A stretch of DNA of 64,000 nt, taken from assembly GCA_964446685.1 (NCBI GenBank), contig CAYUPO010000007.1, positions 233 through 64,232 of the forward strand. Reading direction: 5' to 3'. Below are positions 9,980 through 20,056 of the stretch, one piece after another (within the stretch, counting starts at the first letter, position 1; the number at the start of each line of letters is the position of its first letter). The translations under genes were made by a program, and so were the position numbers. Origin of the DNA: an uncultured Gammaproteobacteria bacterium. Lineage in GTDB: Bacteria > Patescibacteriota > Microgenomatia > Daviesbacterales > UBA10151. The notes beneath the pieces are model-generated. The model was not told the origin of the DNA. It worked only from the letters and a program-made list of their open reading frames with translations, and made no database searches.

Positions 9980-11652
9980 TTCGCAGTCTCCACCACTCTA
10001 AAAGCATTCAACCCATCTTTAAAATCAACATCTCCAATCAGACGGAATTCCGAAAAAGGTTTTACATCCTGATCTGGCAGTTCCTCTTTGGTCCCTATAA
10101 ATAAACTGTTTTTCATTCCTCTATCTCCCGGCCAATAAATATGCCGAAATTCAATGTTATCAATCTGTTTAACACTTCCTACATCAACCGAATTTTGGAC
10201 AAGCTGGGCTTGCTGCTGATACTTTGCAGGAGAGTATCTACTGTAAAACAAATAATAAATATATGGCTGTCCATAGGTATCAGTCATTACAATTTTGTCA
10301 TAATTGGCAGTCATAGCATTATTACTTATATCAGCTAATGCCAAACTTTGTTTATATCCATACAAATATCCCTGAGAATAAGTAACCGGTTGATGTACAA
10401 AGTAAGCATCCAGATACATCCCATAATTAAAAATCATTACCCCAACTACTCCAAGGGCAATGATAATTCCCGCTTTTTTTCTTGAGAGGCTTTTCCACAA
10501 AAAATAAAACCCAGCTGCTTCAAGTATGGTAAATGGTATCAGCAAATTAAGGTTTCTGACCATATTTATCAGATCGCGTGATAAGACTCCAGGCAGTGGA
10601 GCCAAAGCCAGATAAAGCAAAATAACAACAGAACTTTTTGATTTTTGTTTTACCAGAAAATAAAAGCCTAAGAGAACAAGGAGTAAAGAATAATAAGGAA
10701 GCACTCCCATATCAGGAATCTTATGCCTTGGACTATAATCCCCATCAACAAAAAGCATTTTCGGTGAAAAATAAATCACATATCTCTCCACTAAACCTCT
10801 GACATAAGCAAACCATTCCCCATGCAGCAGCTGAAATTGGGCGCTTTGCTGATCAAGGTTATCTTCTGCAGAAACTAAATTAATTTGTTCAGTTGATCTG
10901 GTATAGGCAAAAAAACTGGTTGTCGATAGCCTGTCCCCCTGACCGGAAAAAAGTAAAGTCCCGACCAATAAACCCGTAACCCCAAGCATTCCGATACCAG
11001 CCAAAAAACTTTTTGATAATATTTTTATCTGATCCCGGTATAAAATAATTAATCCTAAAACCAGCATTGGAACAAATAAACGTGAGGCCTGATAGGTAAT
11101 CAAAGATAATCCAAAAATTAATCCAGACAGAAAAAACCAATATTTCTTTTTTCCAAGTGCCACCACAAATAAATATACTCCGGCTAAATTTAAAACAGTC
11201 GCCATATTTGATTCCCAACCTCCTCTGGAAAAATGAATGGACAAAGGTGAGATCGCGGCAAACAAAGCCCCTGACAAAGACAACCATTTATTTTTGAAAA
11301 GTTCCTGCAGTAGCAAAAAAATTAAGACTATAAAAAAAGTTCCCGCAAGTATCGAAGGAAATCTAACTGCCAGTTCAGTTAATCCAAATATTGCAACAAA
11401 GGGAATTGCAGTATAAGCGTAAAGAGCCGGTTTATAATCTCCAAATGATTTCAGGTTTAGCGGCAATATTGCCCCATATTCATCTCTGCCGGTCAACATC
11501 AGTGAGTAAGCATTATAACCAAGCGCCGCCTCATCCCAGGTCAAACCAGGAGGAACAGCAGTCACCTGATAAATTCTTAGGAAAAATCCAAGAGCAATGA
11601 TAATTAAAAATGATAAATAAAACCGTTTCATAATTAATAAACAAATAAACAA
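9976..11652 (-). CDS. GT-C glycosyltransferase, PMT_2/GT39 family; paralog 2
   Basis: 558 aa. WDEAALGYNAYSLMLTGRDEYG...FGDYKPALYAY. ATGA overlap with paralog 1. Confidence 0.75.
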   Translation of the reverse strand: MFICLLIMKRFYLSFLIIIALGFFLRIYQVTAVPPGLTWDEAALGYNAYSLMLTGRDEYGAILPLNLKSFGDYKPALYAYTAIPFVAIFGLTELAVRFPSILAGTFFIVLIFLLLQELFKNKWLSLSGALFAAISPLSIHFSRGGWESNMATVLNLAGVYLFVVALGKKKYWFFLSGLIFGLSLITYQASRLFVPMLVLGLIILYRDQIKILSKSFLAGIGMLGVTGLLVGTLLFSGQGDRLSTTSFFAYTRSTEQINLVSAEDNLDQQSAQFQLLHGEWFAYVRGLVERYVIYFSPKMLFVDGDYSPRHKIPDMGVLPYYSLLLVLLGFYFLVKQKSKSSVVILLYLALAPLPGVLSRDLINMVRNLNLLIPFTILEAAGFYFLWKSLSRKKAGIIIALGVVGVMIFNYGMYLDAYFVHQPVTYSQGYLYGYKQSLALADISNNAMTANYDKIVMTDTYGQPYIYYLFYSRYSPAKYQQQAQLVQNSVDVGSVKQIDNIEFRHIYWPGDRGMKNSLFIGTKEELPDQDVKPFSEFRLIGDVDFKDGLNAFRVVETAK

Positions 11653-11726
11653 ATGTCAAATAAACAAATTCCAAATAAGGATAACCAATTTGACATTTGG
11701 CATTTGTTTATTGGATTATTTGTTTA

Positions 11727-13451
11727 TTAAATTTCTACTACTTCAAATGCACCTTTCCCATCCAAAAAATCAATCCGCTTTAACACCGGCGGAATACCAG
11801 GATAATTCCCTGGTGTTGAAATAACATATCCATGCTGATCCTTTAATTTTTCCTTCATCTCCCAGTCATTTATAAAATAAACATTATCCAACCTGTCTAC
11901 CCATCGCCAGTTACTTTGCGGGTAACGGACCAAATTTAAATTTGTCTGGTACTGACCTGGATCATACTGATTGTAAAAAAGATAAAAAATATGCGCCTCA
12001 CCGTATTTTTTGGATATAAATAGTGGCCTGTTATTAACATTCTCTTTGGTCATTACAAAATTAATCGCCTCTTTATAACCATATTGCCAGGACTGGGAAT
12101 ATTGTTTGGGATACTCCAGAAAATAGGTTGAAAAATACCAGTAGCTATTTATTATCATCAATAAAGTCACCACAATCACACCACTGACTGCGACAATTCT
12201 CAACCTATCCTTCAACCATATCCAGGCATCAGTCATTCCGACTCCAACAATTGCCTGTAGTGCTCCCAACATAAAAATACTTCGTAAAACATGCGGAGAC
12301 TCTCTGGTAATTGCAGCTGGAATTGGTGCCAAAAGCAGCCAGGCCATAAATAATTTAGCCGCCGATGGATATTTCCAAATTTTAAGCAAACCGTAAATCA
12401 AAAACGGCGCTTCAATTGCATACATCAGTCCCATCTGCTGCACTGAAAACTGATAATTATCACCGCCTGCTAAGAATAAAAACTGAGGAGAAAAATGACT
12501 TAGATAGTTTTTAGCAAAGACAAAGGCAAAATAGCTATAACGGTTATAAACCAGTTTAGTTGCCACCTCAGGCAAAGTACTGGCTCCTCTGGATTCATTC
12601 AGGAAATTAATTGCCCCTTCATCAACTATTGCTACCCAATAATACCTGGAAGATGAATCCTGAGTTAAAGCTAGAAATCCAGCCACTCCAATAAAGATTA
12701 GAAAAATAACCGCCGGTATGATCAATTTCACTTTTAATTCTTTGATTTGTCTCAGCTCACCAATTTTACTAAGAGCCACAGCAGCTAAAAATAAAGGCAC
12801 AAATACTCTGGCACTATTGTAAGTAAATAATGTTAACCCAAAAAACAAAGCTGATCCTGATAAAAATCCCAGCGAACGTTTTTTATAGCCAACGATCAAA
12901 AAATAAATTCCGACCAGAAAAAAACAAAGGGCCAGATTTGCTTCCAAAGCTGCCCGTGACAAAAAAGTATGCCAGGGAGAAATAGCCAGTAATAAAGCAG
13001 AAACTAACGCCCATTTTTGATTCTTTGATTCGGTCACAACTATCCAATAAAGCAATCCAACTGATAAAACACCGGCCAGCATTGAAGGAAGTCTGACCGC
13101 CCATTCATTCAAACCTAATAAAGCAATAAAAGGAACTGTAGTATAAATATATCCAGGCAGTTTAAAGTCCCCAAATGCTTCAAATGTTAAAGGAAAAATC
13201 CTCCCCCACTCATCTTTACCAGTTTCCAAAATTGAATAGGCATTGTAACCTAAAGATGTTTCATCCCAATTGAGCGATGGTGGAACGACGCCAAACCAAA
13301 AAAAACGCAAAAAAACAGCGAGTAACAGAATCACTCCAAGTATTGGATATTTGAAATCTCTCGACTTCACTCGAGACAGGTTTGATATTGGAAATTGGAT
13401 ATTATTAGAGATCATTATTAGTGTCAAATACCCGGAACATAATTTTGTCAA
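11727..13451 (-). CDS. GT-C glycosyltransferase, PMT_2/GT39 family; paralog 3
   Basis: 574 aa. WDETSLGYNAYSILETGKDEWG...FGDFKLPGYIY. The annotated start overlaps paralog 4 by 47 bp, so the true start is probably an internal Met (MISNN...). Confidence 0.7.
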   Translation of the reverse strand: MTKLCSGYLTLIMISNNIQFPISNLSRVKSRDFKYPILGVILLLAVFLRFFWFGVVPPSLNWDETSLGYNAYSILETGKDEWGRIFPLTFEAFGDFKLPGYIYTTVPFIALLGLNEWAVRLPSMLAGVLSVGLLYWIVVTESKNQKWALVSALLLAISPWHTFLSRAALEANLALCFFLVGIYFLIVGYKKRSLGFLSGSALFFGLTLFTYNSARVFVPLFLAAVALSKIGELRQIKELKVKLIIPAVIFLIFIGVAGFLALTQDSSSRYYWVAIVDEGAINFLNESRGASTLPEVATKLVYNRYSYFAFVFAKNYLSHFSPQFLFLAGGDNYQFSVQQMGLMYAIEAPFLIYGLLKIWKYPSAAKLFMAWLLLAPIPAAITRESPHVLRSIFMLGALQAIVGVGMTDAWIWLKDRLRIVAVSGVIVVTLLMIINSYWYFSTYFLEYPKQYSQSWQYGYKEAINFVMTKENVNNRPLFISKKYGEAHIFYLFYNQYDPGQYQTNLNLVRYPQSNWRWVDRLDNVYFINDWEMKEKLKDQHGYVISTPGNYPGIPPVLKRIDFLDGKGAFEVVEI

Positions 13452-15093
13452 ATGGATCTTTAAAAGTTTTATCAGCCTTCACTCCATCTGGAGTCTCAGA
13501 CTCTCCACCAATAATCATGGTGTTATTCTTATACTTATCGATATCCCAGCCCATCTTCTTAAAATAATATTTCCCCAGTGTGTATTCAGTCTGATCTAAA
13601 AATTTGAACTCTTTTTCAAAATCTTTCCAGTTTTGTGACTGGGACTGAAAATAGGTCGGATCCATTTTGGTATAAAAAGCTAAATAAATCTGCGGTTGAC
13701 CCTGAGACTGAGTAAAAAGCACCTGATCATATTTGTCTTTATTTTGCTCAGCAAATTTAAAAATCTCCTCGTAATTGTAATGAACTCCCCCCAAAGGACG
13801 TTCAAACTGGTGAAAAGCATAAAAATCAATTCGCACCACCAATGAGTAAACCATAACAACCATTAGAATACCCACAAAACTAAATTGAAGCCCTTTTATA
13901 TTTTTTAATAGTGAAAACACCCAATAGATACCGAGTGCAGCTAAAACGGGAAATAGCAGCAGTAATACCTCAACCCGCTGGGTATGCATGTAATTTCTGG
14001 TTAATGCTGCTGGAATTGGTGCCACCAGCAGCCATAAAAAAATAATCCGGCTTTGAGCAATTTTTAATTTAAACAAGGCAAAAATACCTGAGAGTATAAA
14101 TAGTATTTCCCAGACTGATAACAACCATTGTCCAGGCAGATTATACAAACTGGAATCAGACCGATCCGGCGAAGCTAGAAAAGTAGTTGAAAAGTACCCC
14201 AAATAATTTTGAGAAAACTGGCTACCGAGATAAGCCAGACGATTATTAATTACTCTGCCCCATGGCTGAGGAAGCGGATCACTGACCTGTTTTTCACGCA
14301 GTGCGCTGAGATTTTCGGAATTATAAATTGCGGCATCACTAGCTCTTCTTCCTGCCCCTGTAAATAACTGCCCGTAAGCCAAAAGTGAGACAAAAAGACC
14401 AAATAACACTACAAAACTTACCAACTCCTTCTTCTTAAAAATCTCTTTAATGTCACCCGTTTGAACGAATTTAAGAACCAATAGTCCACTTACAAATAAA
14501 GGAGTAAACAACTGGAATGAATAATAGCCAAACATAGTCAGCCCAAAACTTAGTGCAGACAAACCAAGAAGAACTCTTCTTTTGAGTCTGAAACCCTTCA
14601 AAAACAGCCACAGTCCCATCATAAAAAAGAAAATAGTCACATTTGATTCCCAGGCAGCTCGGGAATAAAAAAGATGCCAGGAAGAGATAGTTAAAATTAT
14701 TGAAGCTAGGAGCGCAATTTGTTTACTAAATAAGGGTTTTTGTTCATTTCTAAAAAGTTCCTCAACCAAAACAAATAGCATCAGGACACTCAACACGCCA
14801 AATAGCGCTGAGGGGAACCTGACAGCAAACATATTCAGATCAAACAAAGCCACACTCGGAACAGTTAAATAGACATACAGCGGCGGACGGTAATCACCAA
14901 AACTACGAGGAAAAATAGGCAAAAAGTCTCCCCATTCATCACGCCCGGTCTGCAATATAGAATAGGCACTATAGCCCTGCTGAATCTCATCTGGAGTGAC
15001 ACCAATAGGAACTTGCCCCAGCCAGGCAAAGCGCATTACTGCTGCTATTAGTACAACCACAACTAAAACAAAATATATTATTCGTTTGGACAT
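13405..15093 (-). CDS. GT-C glycosyltransferase, PMT_2/GT39 family; paralog 4
   Basis: PDEIQQGYSAYSILQTGRDEWG...FGDYRPPLYVY. Start moved from the TTG at 15150 to the ATG at 15091-15093 (MSKRIIYF...), preceded by a GAAGAG RBS-like site. Confidence 0.7.
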   Translation of the reverse strand: MSKRIIYFVLVVVVLIAAVMRFAWLGQVPIGVTPDEIQQGYSAYSILQTGRDEWGDFLPIFPRSFGDYRPPLYVYLTVPSVALFDLNMFAVRFPSALFGVLSVLMLFVLVEELFRNEQKPLFSKQIALLASIILTISSWHLFYSRAAWESNVTIFFFMMGLWLFLKGFRLKRRVLLGLSALSFGLTMFGYYSFQLFTPLFVSGLLVLKFVQTGDIKEIFKKKELVSFVVLFGLFVSLLAYGQLFTGAGRRASDAAIYNSENLSALREKQVSDPLPQPWGRVINNRLAYLGSQFSQNYLGYFSTTFLASPDRSDSSLYNLPGQWLLSVWEILFILSGIFALFKLKIAQSRIIFLWLLVAPIPAALTRNYMHTQRVEVLLLLFPVLAALGIYWVFSLLKNIKGLQFSFVGILMVVMVYSLVVRIDFYAFHQFERPLGGVHYNYEEIFKFAEQNKDKYDQVLFTQSQGQPQIYLAFYTKMDPTYFQSQSQNWKDFEKEFKFLDQTEYTLGKYYFKKMGWDIDKYKNNTMIIGGESETPDGVKADKTFKDPFDKIMFRVFDTNNDL

Positions 15094-15149
15094 CTCTTCA
15101 ATAAACCTACCTCTTAAGTATATAATGAACCAGGAACTAATGTAATCCA

Positions 15150-16874
15150 ATGGGACAGATCTTTAAAGTATCATCTTTGCGAAAAACAATCCTGCATCCT
15201 CTGTTTTTCCTTTTTTTAATAGGACTTTTGCTTAGATTGTATTTGTTAAACACTTTTCCAGCCGGGTTTCATATCGATGAAGTAAAAATGGGCTGGAATG
15301 CTTTATCCCTTCTCAAGACCGGTCAGGATGACTGGGGACACAGCTTCCCTCTCAACTACAATTCATTTGGCGATTTCAGGCCAACCGGCTACTTTTACAC
15401 TGTTATCCCTTCACTGATATTATTTGGCCAATCTGAATTCGCCGTCCGCTTTCCCTCGGCCTTATTTGGTTCACTGACTATCTTTGTGATCTATTTTTTA
15501 ACTAAAGAGTTACTGGAAAAATATGATCAGCGAAAAAAAGTAGCTTTACTTGCTTCACTTATCCTGGCTGTTTCCCCCTGGCATCTATCTTTATCCCGGG
15601 CCAGTTCTGAGGGAATTGTCGGGATGTTTTTTACCCTTTTAGGACTGTTATTTTTTATCAGGCTGGTTAAACACAAGAAACTCAATTATCTGCTTATTTC
15701 TGTTCCTCTGCTCATTTTGCCATACTTTTTTTATCACACCCCCAGGCTTTTGACACCGATATTAATGCTGGTTATCTGGGTTTTTCATTGGAAACCATGG
15801 CAAAGAAACTTTAAACCAAATCTTCTGATCACCTTCGCTGTAATCATTCTTTGTGCAGTAACCATCGCTTTTGCCCTAAATAAAGAAGCCAGAGGCCGTT
15901 TTTCCCAGGTTTCAATCTTCAATGATCTCAATATCAGGCACAATTTGGATCTGTTTCCTTTTGAAGAAGGCCATAACGATGTTTTAATGGCCCGGATTTT
16001 TCACAATAAATTGGTTTTGTGGACACAAGAAGGTATCAATGAGTTTACTCAGTATTTCTCAGCCAAATTTTTCTTAGTTCCGTTTGAAGCAAAACCAGCC
16101 AGATATGACACTGTCGGAATGGGAGTCTTAAGCTATATTGAATTATTATTACTTGTGGCAGGAGTGATTGCAGTCATCCGGGGTAAATATTCACTTTTAC
16201 CAATATTGCTTCTTTTATCGGCACCAATTCCGGCTTCACTCACAACAGAAGATGCTCCCAATCAGATGAGAGCTTTGTATATGATCCCATTTATAGCAAT
16301 AACCGGAGCATTTGGATTGCATTTTCTAAGCAACCTGTTACCAAAGTCTAAGCTGATACTGGGCAGTTTATTAGTCCTATTATTCCTCAATTTCCTCTTC
16401 TTCGAACATATGTATTTTATACACAATCCCCAGCGTCCTCCAATACCGGGAGATCGGAATGTCGGTGCAAAAGAAGCAGCGCTAAATATTCTGCTCCTTC
16501 AAAACAAGTATGACAAGATTATAGTAACAAATATTCCTGATAGTTTGTACCCCTGGTATGCCTATTTCTCCGGAGTTGATCCAGTCACATTTAATGAAAT
16601 AGCCAAAAACCGGGGTGAAAGAGCCTGGCAGTATCAAAATATAGTCTTTAGTACCGTCAGGTGCCCTTCCAGAGACGCTTTTACCAGAAATAATGACAAT
16701 GTTCTAGCAGTTGACGCTGAAGGTTGTGAAGGAGACGCGAAATATTCACCAGCCATACAAGTCCTGGGAAGAGTCCAAAGAGGCGACAAAGCCTACCCCT
16801 ACATCTTCTGGCACCGAGTAGAAAAGGAAACCTTTCCAATAGAAGCCACACCCTCGGCTCAACCTTCCAATTAA
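15150..16874 (+). CDS. GT-C glycosyltransferase, PMT_2/GT39 family; paralog 5. It is the only plus-strand member and is divergent from paralog 4
   Basis: 574 aa. IDEVKMGWNALSLLKTGQDDWG...FGDFRPTGYFY. Confidence 0.75.
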   Translation: MGQIFKVSSLRKTILHPLFFLFLIGLLLRLYLLNTFPAGFHIDEVKMGWNALSLLKTGQDDWGHSFPLNYNSFGDFRPTGYFYTVIPSLILFGQSEFAVRFPSALFGSLTIFVIYFLTKELLEKYDQRKKVALLASLILAVSPWHLSLSRASSEGIVGMFFTLLGLLFFIRLVKHKKLNYLLISVPLLILPYFFYHTPRLLTPILMLVIWVFHWKPWQRNFKPNLLITFAVIILCAVTIAFALNKEARGRFSQVSIFNDLNIRHNLDLFPFEEGHNDVLMARIFHNKLVLWTQEGINEFTQYFSAKFFLVPFEAKPARYDTVGMGVLSYIELLLLVAGVIAVIRGKYSLLPILLLLSAPIPASLTTEDAPNQMRALYMIPFIAITGAFGLHFLSNLLPKSKLILGSLLVLLFLNFLFFEHMYFIHNPQRPPIPGDRNVGAKEAALNILLLQNKYDKIIVTNIPDSLYPWYAYFSGVDPVTFNEIAKNRGERAWQYQNIVFSTVRCPSRDAFTRNNDNVLAVDAEGCEGDAKYSPAIQVLGRVQRGDKAYPYIFWHRVEKETFPIEATPSAQPSN

Positions 16875-17001
16875 ATATTTTTCGAACGATCAGTGAGAAA
16901 TTTCAAACAAATATAATAATTAACAGCTAACAAAATTGTATTTATTACGATTAAATACCAAATAATCACATGATTAATCACGTGAATATTCATGTGTTTT
17001 T

Positions 17002-18753
17002 TTACTGTTTAGTTACAACATAGAAAATTGGAGCACCTTGTGGATTTACAACGGTCTTTAATACTTTTACTCCTGATGGTGGAGTTTTACTCCAATCCCA
17101 ATCCCCTTCAACTTCATCCCTGGCAGCCATCAGATATAAATATCCGGGCTTCAAAAATTCCTGTACACTAAATGGTTTATCAGTATTGCCAAAATAATAC
17201 TTGCCGTCAAAAATAAATCCATTAAATCCTTCTACAACGTTCTTCTGTGATTTTAAATTATCAAACTGAGATTGAATTCTGGCAGGATCAGCTTTGGTCC
17301 ACATCAGATATCTATTTAAAGATGGTTCATAGGTATTATTAAAGAATACTTTCTCGTATTCACTCTGATGTTCTGCCACATACTGCATAGCTTCTTTAAA
17401 CCCAACATGCCACCATCTCCAGGATTCCACCGGATAATGCTGGTAATACCTGTGAAAATAAAATGTGGTATTAAACACAAATAAAATACCTACCAGACCC
17501 AGTAGACTAACAAAACCCCATCTTTGTTTATCCCGTAAACTCAAAACCTGATTTATCAAAAAAACTAATCCCAAAGCATTTAATATTACTAAAGGCGGCA
17601 GCATAATAAACATCCTGGTGGCATGATATCCGCCATCAGCTGTTAAAGAACCTGGTATTGGGGATAAAATAAGCCAGCCAAAGACCAGAAACATGACTTT
17701 CCGCTCTCCTCGGAAAATCAAAAACCAAACTCCTATTGCCAGCAAAATTATCTCAAAATAATATAACTCCCCCATCTCATGAATTGATTGTCTGAAATTA
17801 ATATCCCCTTCCGCAAACAAAAAATTAAGTGACAAAGCTTTCAGATAATTGGTTGAAAAAACCTGCAGATAAACAGTCGGCCGGTTATGAAAATAATTTT
17901 CGGATGAGACATCATTTGTTTTATATTCACCATCCGGAGTAAAGTATCCCAAATTTTTGCGAGCTAGATTGATCTTATCCACCAAAACAGTATCCGTAAA
18001 AATACTGATTCCGGAAAATCTATTAGTTGCCTGACCAGAAAAAATCGACAAAGCCACACCAGAGATAATCACCAATCCGATCAGAAAACTACTAATTAAC
18101 CACCTTGCCCCAATTGTTTTAAAGACTGATTTATTATTCAGATAAATTCCACCAAGCAATACAAGTAAAAGCGGCACAAAAGCCGCAGCAGTTGAATATA
18201 CATAAAAAGAAGCACTAAAGAGTATCGCTGCCACTACTAAAAAATAGCCTTTCTTAAACCCAACCAAAGTAAAATATGTCGCAAAAAGCAAAAAAGACAG
18301 TAGCATTGTCACTTCAAAAGAGGCTCTTGAATACTGCAAATGCCAGGGAGATATCGCCATCAAAAACATTGCAGCAAGTGCTGTTGGAATATTAAATAAT
18401 TTTCTGGTTAATAAAAAAATCCCTATCAAAGAAACCAGACCCCAAAAAACAGCCGGCAACCTAACACCCCATTCATTAAGCCCAAAAACACCAACAAAAG
18501 GAACTGCTGAGTAAATATAAAGTGAAGCCCGGTATTCAGTCAGAGATTTTAAATAAAGCGGCATGCTCCTGCCACTAATATCTTTACCGGTTGTTAAAAG
18601 TGAATAAGCCTGATACCCAACATCAACTTCATCACCAAATAACGCGGGTGGTACAGTATCCAAATGGTAAACCCGCAAAAATGTACCCAGCACCAAAATA
18701 AACAAAATTGCGGTAATTGTTAAATACAGTTTTGAAAAAGCACTCATTGCCAT
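17002..18753 (-). CDS. GT-C glycosyltransferase, PMT_2/GT39 family; paralog 6
   Basis: 583 aa. GDEVDVGYQAYSLLTTGKDISG...LTEYRASLYIY. Confidence 0.75.
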   Translation of the reverse strand: MAMSAFSKLYLTITAILFILVLGTFLRVYHLDTVPPALFGDEVDVGYQAYSLLTTGKDISGRSMPLYLKSLTEYRASLYIYSAVPFVGVFGLNEWGVRLPAVFWGLVSLIGIFLLTRKLFNIPTALAAMFLMAISPWHLQYSRASFEVTMLLSFLLFATYFTLVGFKKGYFLVVAAILFSASFYVYSTAAAFVPLLLVLLGGIYLNNKSVFKTIGARWLISSFLIGLVIISGVALSIFSGQATNRFSGISIFTDTVLVDKINLARKNLGYFTPDGEYKTNDVSSENYFHNRPTVYLQVFSTNYLKALSLNFLFAEGDINFRQSIHEMGELYYFEIILLAIGVWFLIFRGERKVMFLVFGWLILSPIPGSLTADGGYHATRMFIMLPPLVILNALGLVFLINQVLSLRDKQRWGFVSLLGLVGILFVFNTTFYFHRYYQHYPVESWRWWHVGFKEAMQYVAEHQSEYEKVFFNNTYEPSLNRYLMWTKADPARIQSQFDNLKSQKNVVEGFNGFIFDGKYYFGNTDKPFSVQEFLKPGYLYLMAARDEVEGDWDWSKTPPSGVKVLKTVVNPQGAPIFYVVTKQ

Positions 18754-20042
18754 TTAAAAAGTTTCTCCCTTTTTTCCTGATCCAGTAATTCTTTCAGAAA
18801 AACAATATAGTTGTAAACCAGTAAAACAGCATACCCCACCACCAACCAGGTCAAAAAGATATTTGATTTAGTTAGTTCCAGAATAACCGGAATTCCCGGC
18901 TGAAATAATCCTCTATACAAATTGATAAAGTGCAGAAAAGTAAAATAAACCAGATTTATCCAATGAATCTTTTTAAAACAAACTAAAACAGTGGCAAAAA
19001 GAACCACCGGAATCATATATCTCTCATGCATCCTGGTAAAAAAGAAAAAATAAAACCCGGACACTAAAAACAGATAATAAAACAGCTGATAATAATTTGT
19101 CTTTTTAATAAAATAAATCAAACTAAGCGGTGCTATAAAGCTCAAAAACAATAAATATCCCCATAGATCAAATGACAAACCTAAATATTTTTGGTTGGAT
19201 GATAATATTTCATAATTTGAAAAAGTCCCCCACATATTTAAAGCATTTTCAGCTACACCAAAATCAACTAAAGTAAAATTTGAATAATAAAACTGCAGCG
19301 GCCAGATCAGAGAAAAAGAATGAAATGGCAGATATGATAGATACAAAATAATTAATGAAACAGCAATTGATTTAAGACTGTTTTTTAATCCAAACTCTTT
19401 AAAAATATAAAAAATATACACTCCCCATAAAAGTAAAATTGTATGTTTTGTCATCAATGCCACACCAGCAAAAATAAATGACCACCACAACTTTTTATTT
19501 ATCAAAAAACCAAAGGCTAGTAATAGCAACAAATTTTGCAGTAAATCCGTCTGTCCCCAAACTGAGGACACATAAATAACTGCCGGATTTAGTAGCAAAA
19601 ACAACGCAATAATATATCTATTTTTAACTAATAACTTTTCTTTAGTTTTTTTTAAAATTAATGGCAAAACAGCTGCAAATAAAATAGTCGCAATAAGTCC
19701 CGGCAGTTTTAGAAAGGAGATTAAAGTATTTTCCCATTCCATACCAAAAACCAATCGTGAAGGGAAAAAGCTAATTGACGAATTTAGCCAATAGACAGCA
19801 CTTAGACTAATCTGATAAATCCACAAGCTTCCGGCGAAAGCATACATTGTTAAAGGCGGATATGTGGGAAATGAAAAACCAGGAAATCGTCTCTCAAAAA
19901 AATCCACACTTCCATAATCTAAAATACTTCTTCCCCAAACGACATGATTTTTCACATCTCCGGAATATATCGGCAGAGAAATATAAAAATATATCACAAA
20001 GGAAATAACTAAAAACAAACTAAATAATATTTTTTTAATCAT
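18744..20042 (-). CDS. Polytopic membrane protein, DUF2029/GT87-like putative GT-C glycosyltransferase
   Basis: 432 aa. The ...NPAVIYVSSVWGQTDLL motif is shared with 28750..30123 and 20057..21328. Confidence 0.55.
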   Translation of the reverse strand: MIKKILFSLFLVISFVIYFYISLPIYSGDVKNHVVWGRSILDYGSVDFFERRFPGFSFPTYPPLTMYAFAGSLWIYQISLSAVYWLNSSISFFPSRLVFGMEWENTLISFLKLPGLIATILFAAVLPLILKKTKEKLLVKNRYIIALFLLLNPAVIYVSSVWGQTDLLQNLLLLLAFGFLINKKLWWSFIFAGVALMTKHTILLLWGVYIFYIFKEFGLKNSLKSIAVSLIILYLSYLPFHSFSLIWPLQFYYSNFTLVDFGVAENALNMWGTFSNYEILSSNQKYLGLSFDLWGYLLFLSFIAPLSLIYFIKKTNYYQLFYYLFLVSGFYFFFFTRMHERYMIPVVLFATVLVCFKKIHWINLVYFTFLHFINLYRGLFQPGIPVILELTKSNIFLTWLVVGYAVLLVYNYIVFLKELLDQEKREKLFKWQ

Positions 20043-20056
20043 AGTAGTAACTCCTT

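Noticed and set aside
11653-11726. AT-rich imperfect palindrome (CAAATGTCAAAT...ATTTGACATTTG) between PMT_2 paralogs 2 and 3 as a distinct element
   Set aside because: It is probably just a terminator/promoter dyad. It is built from a similar AACAAAT/ATTTGTT vocabulary as the 54068-54182 spacer, but it is too short and simple to call a repeat family with confidence.
16875-17001. tRNA or other small RNA in the larger intergenic gaps (16875-17001, 26890-27042, 47440-47540, 60663-60787, 61238-61323)
   Set aside because: No cloverleaf-compatible sequence was seen (no GTTC...GAAC T-arm pairs with a 7-bp acceptor stem). The regions look like promoter or terminator DNA.
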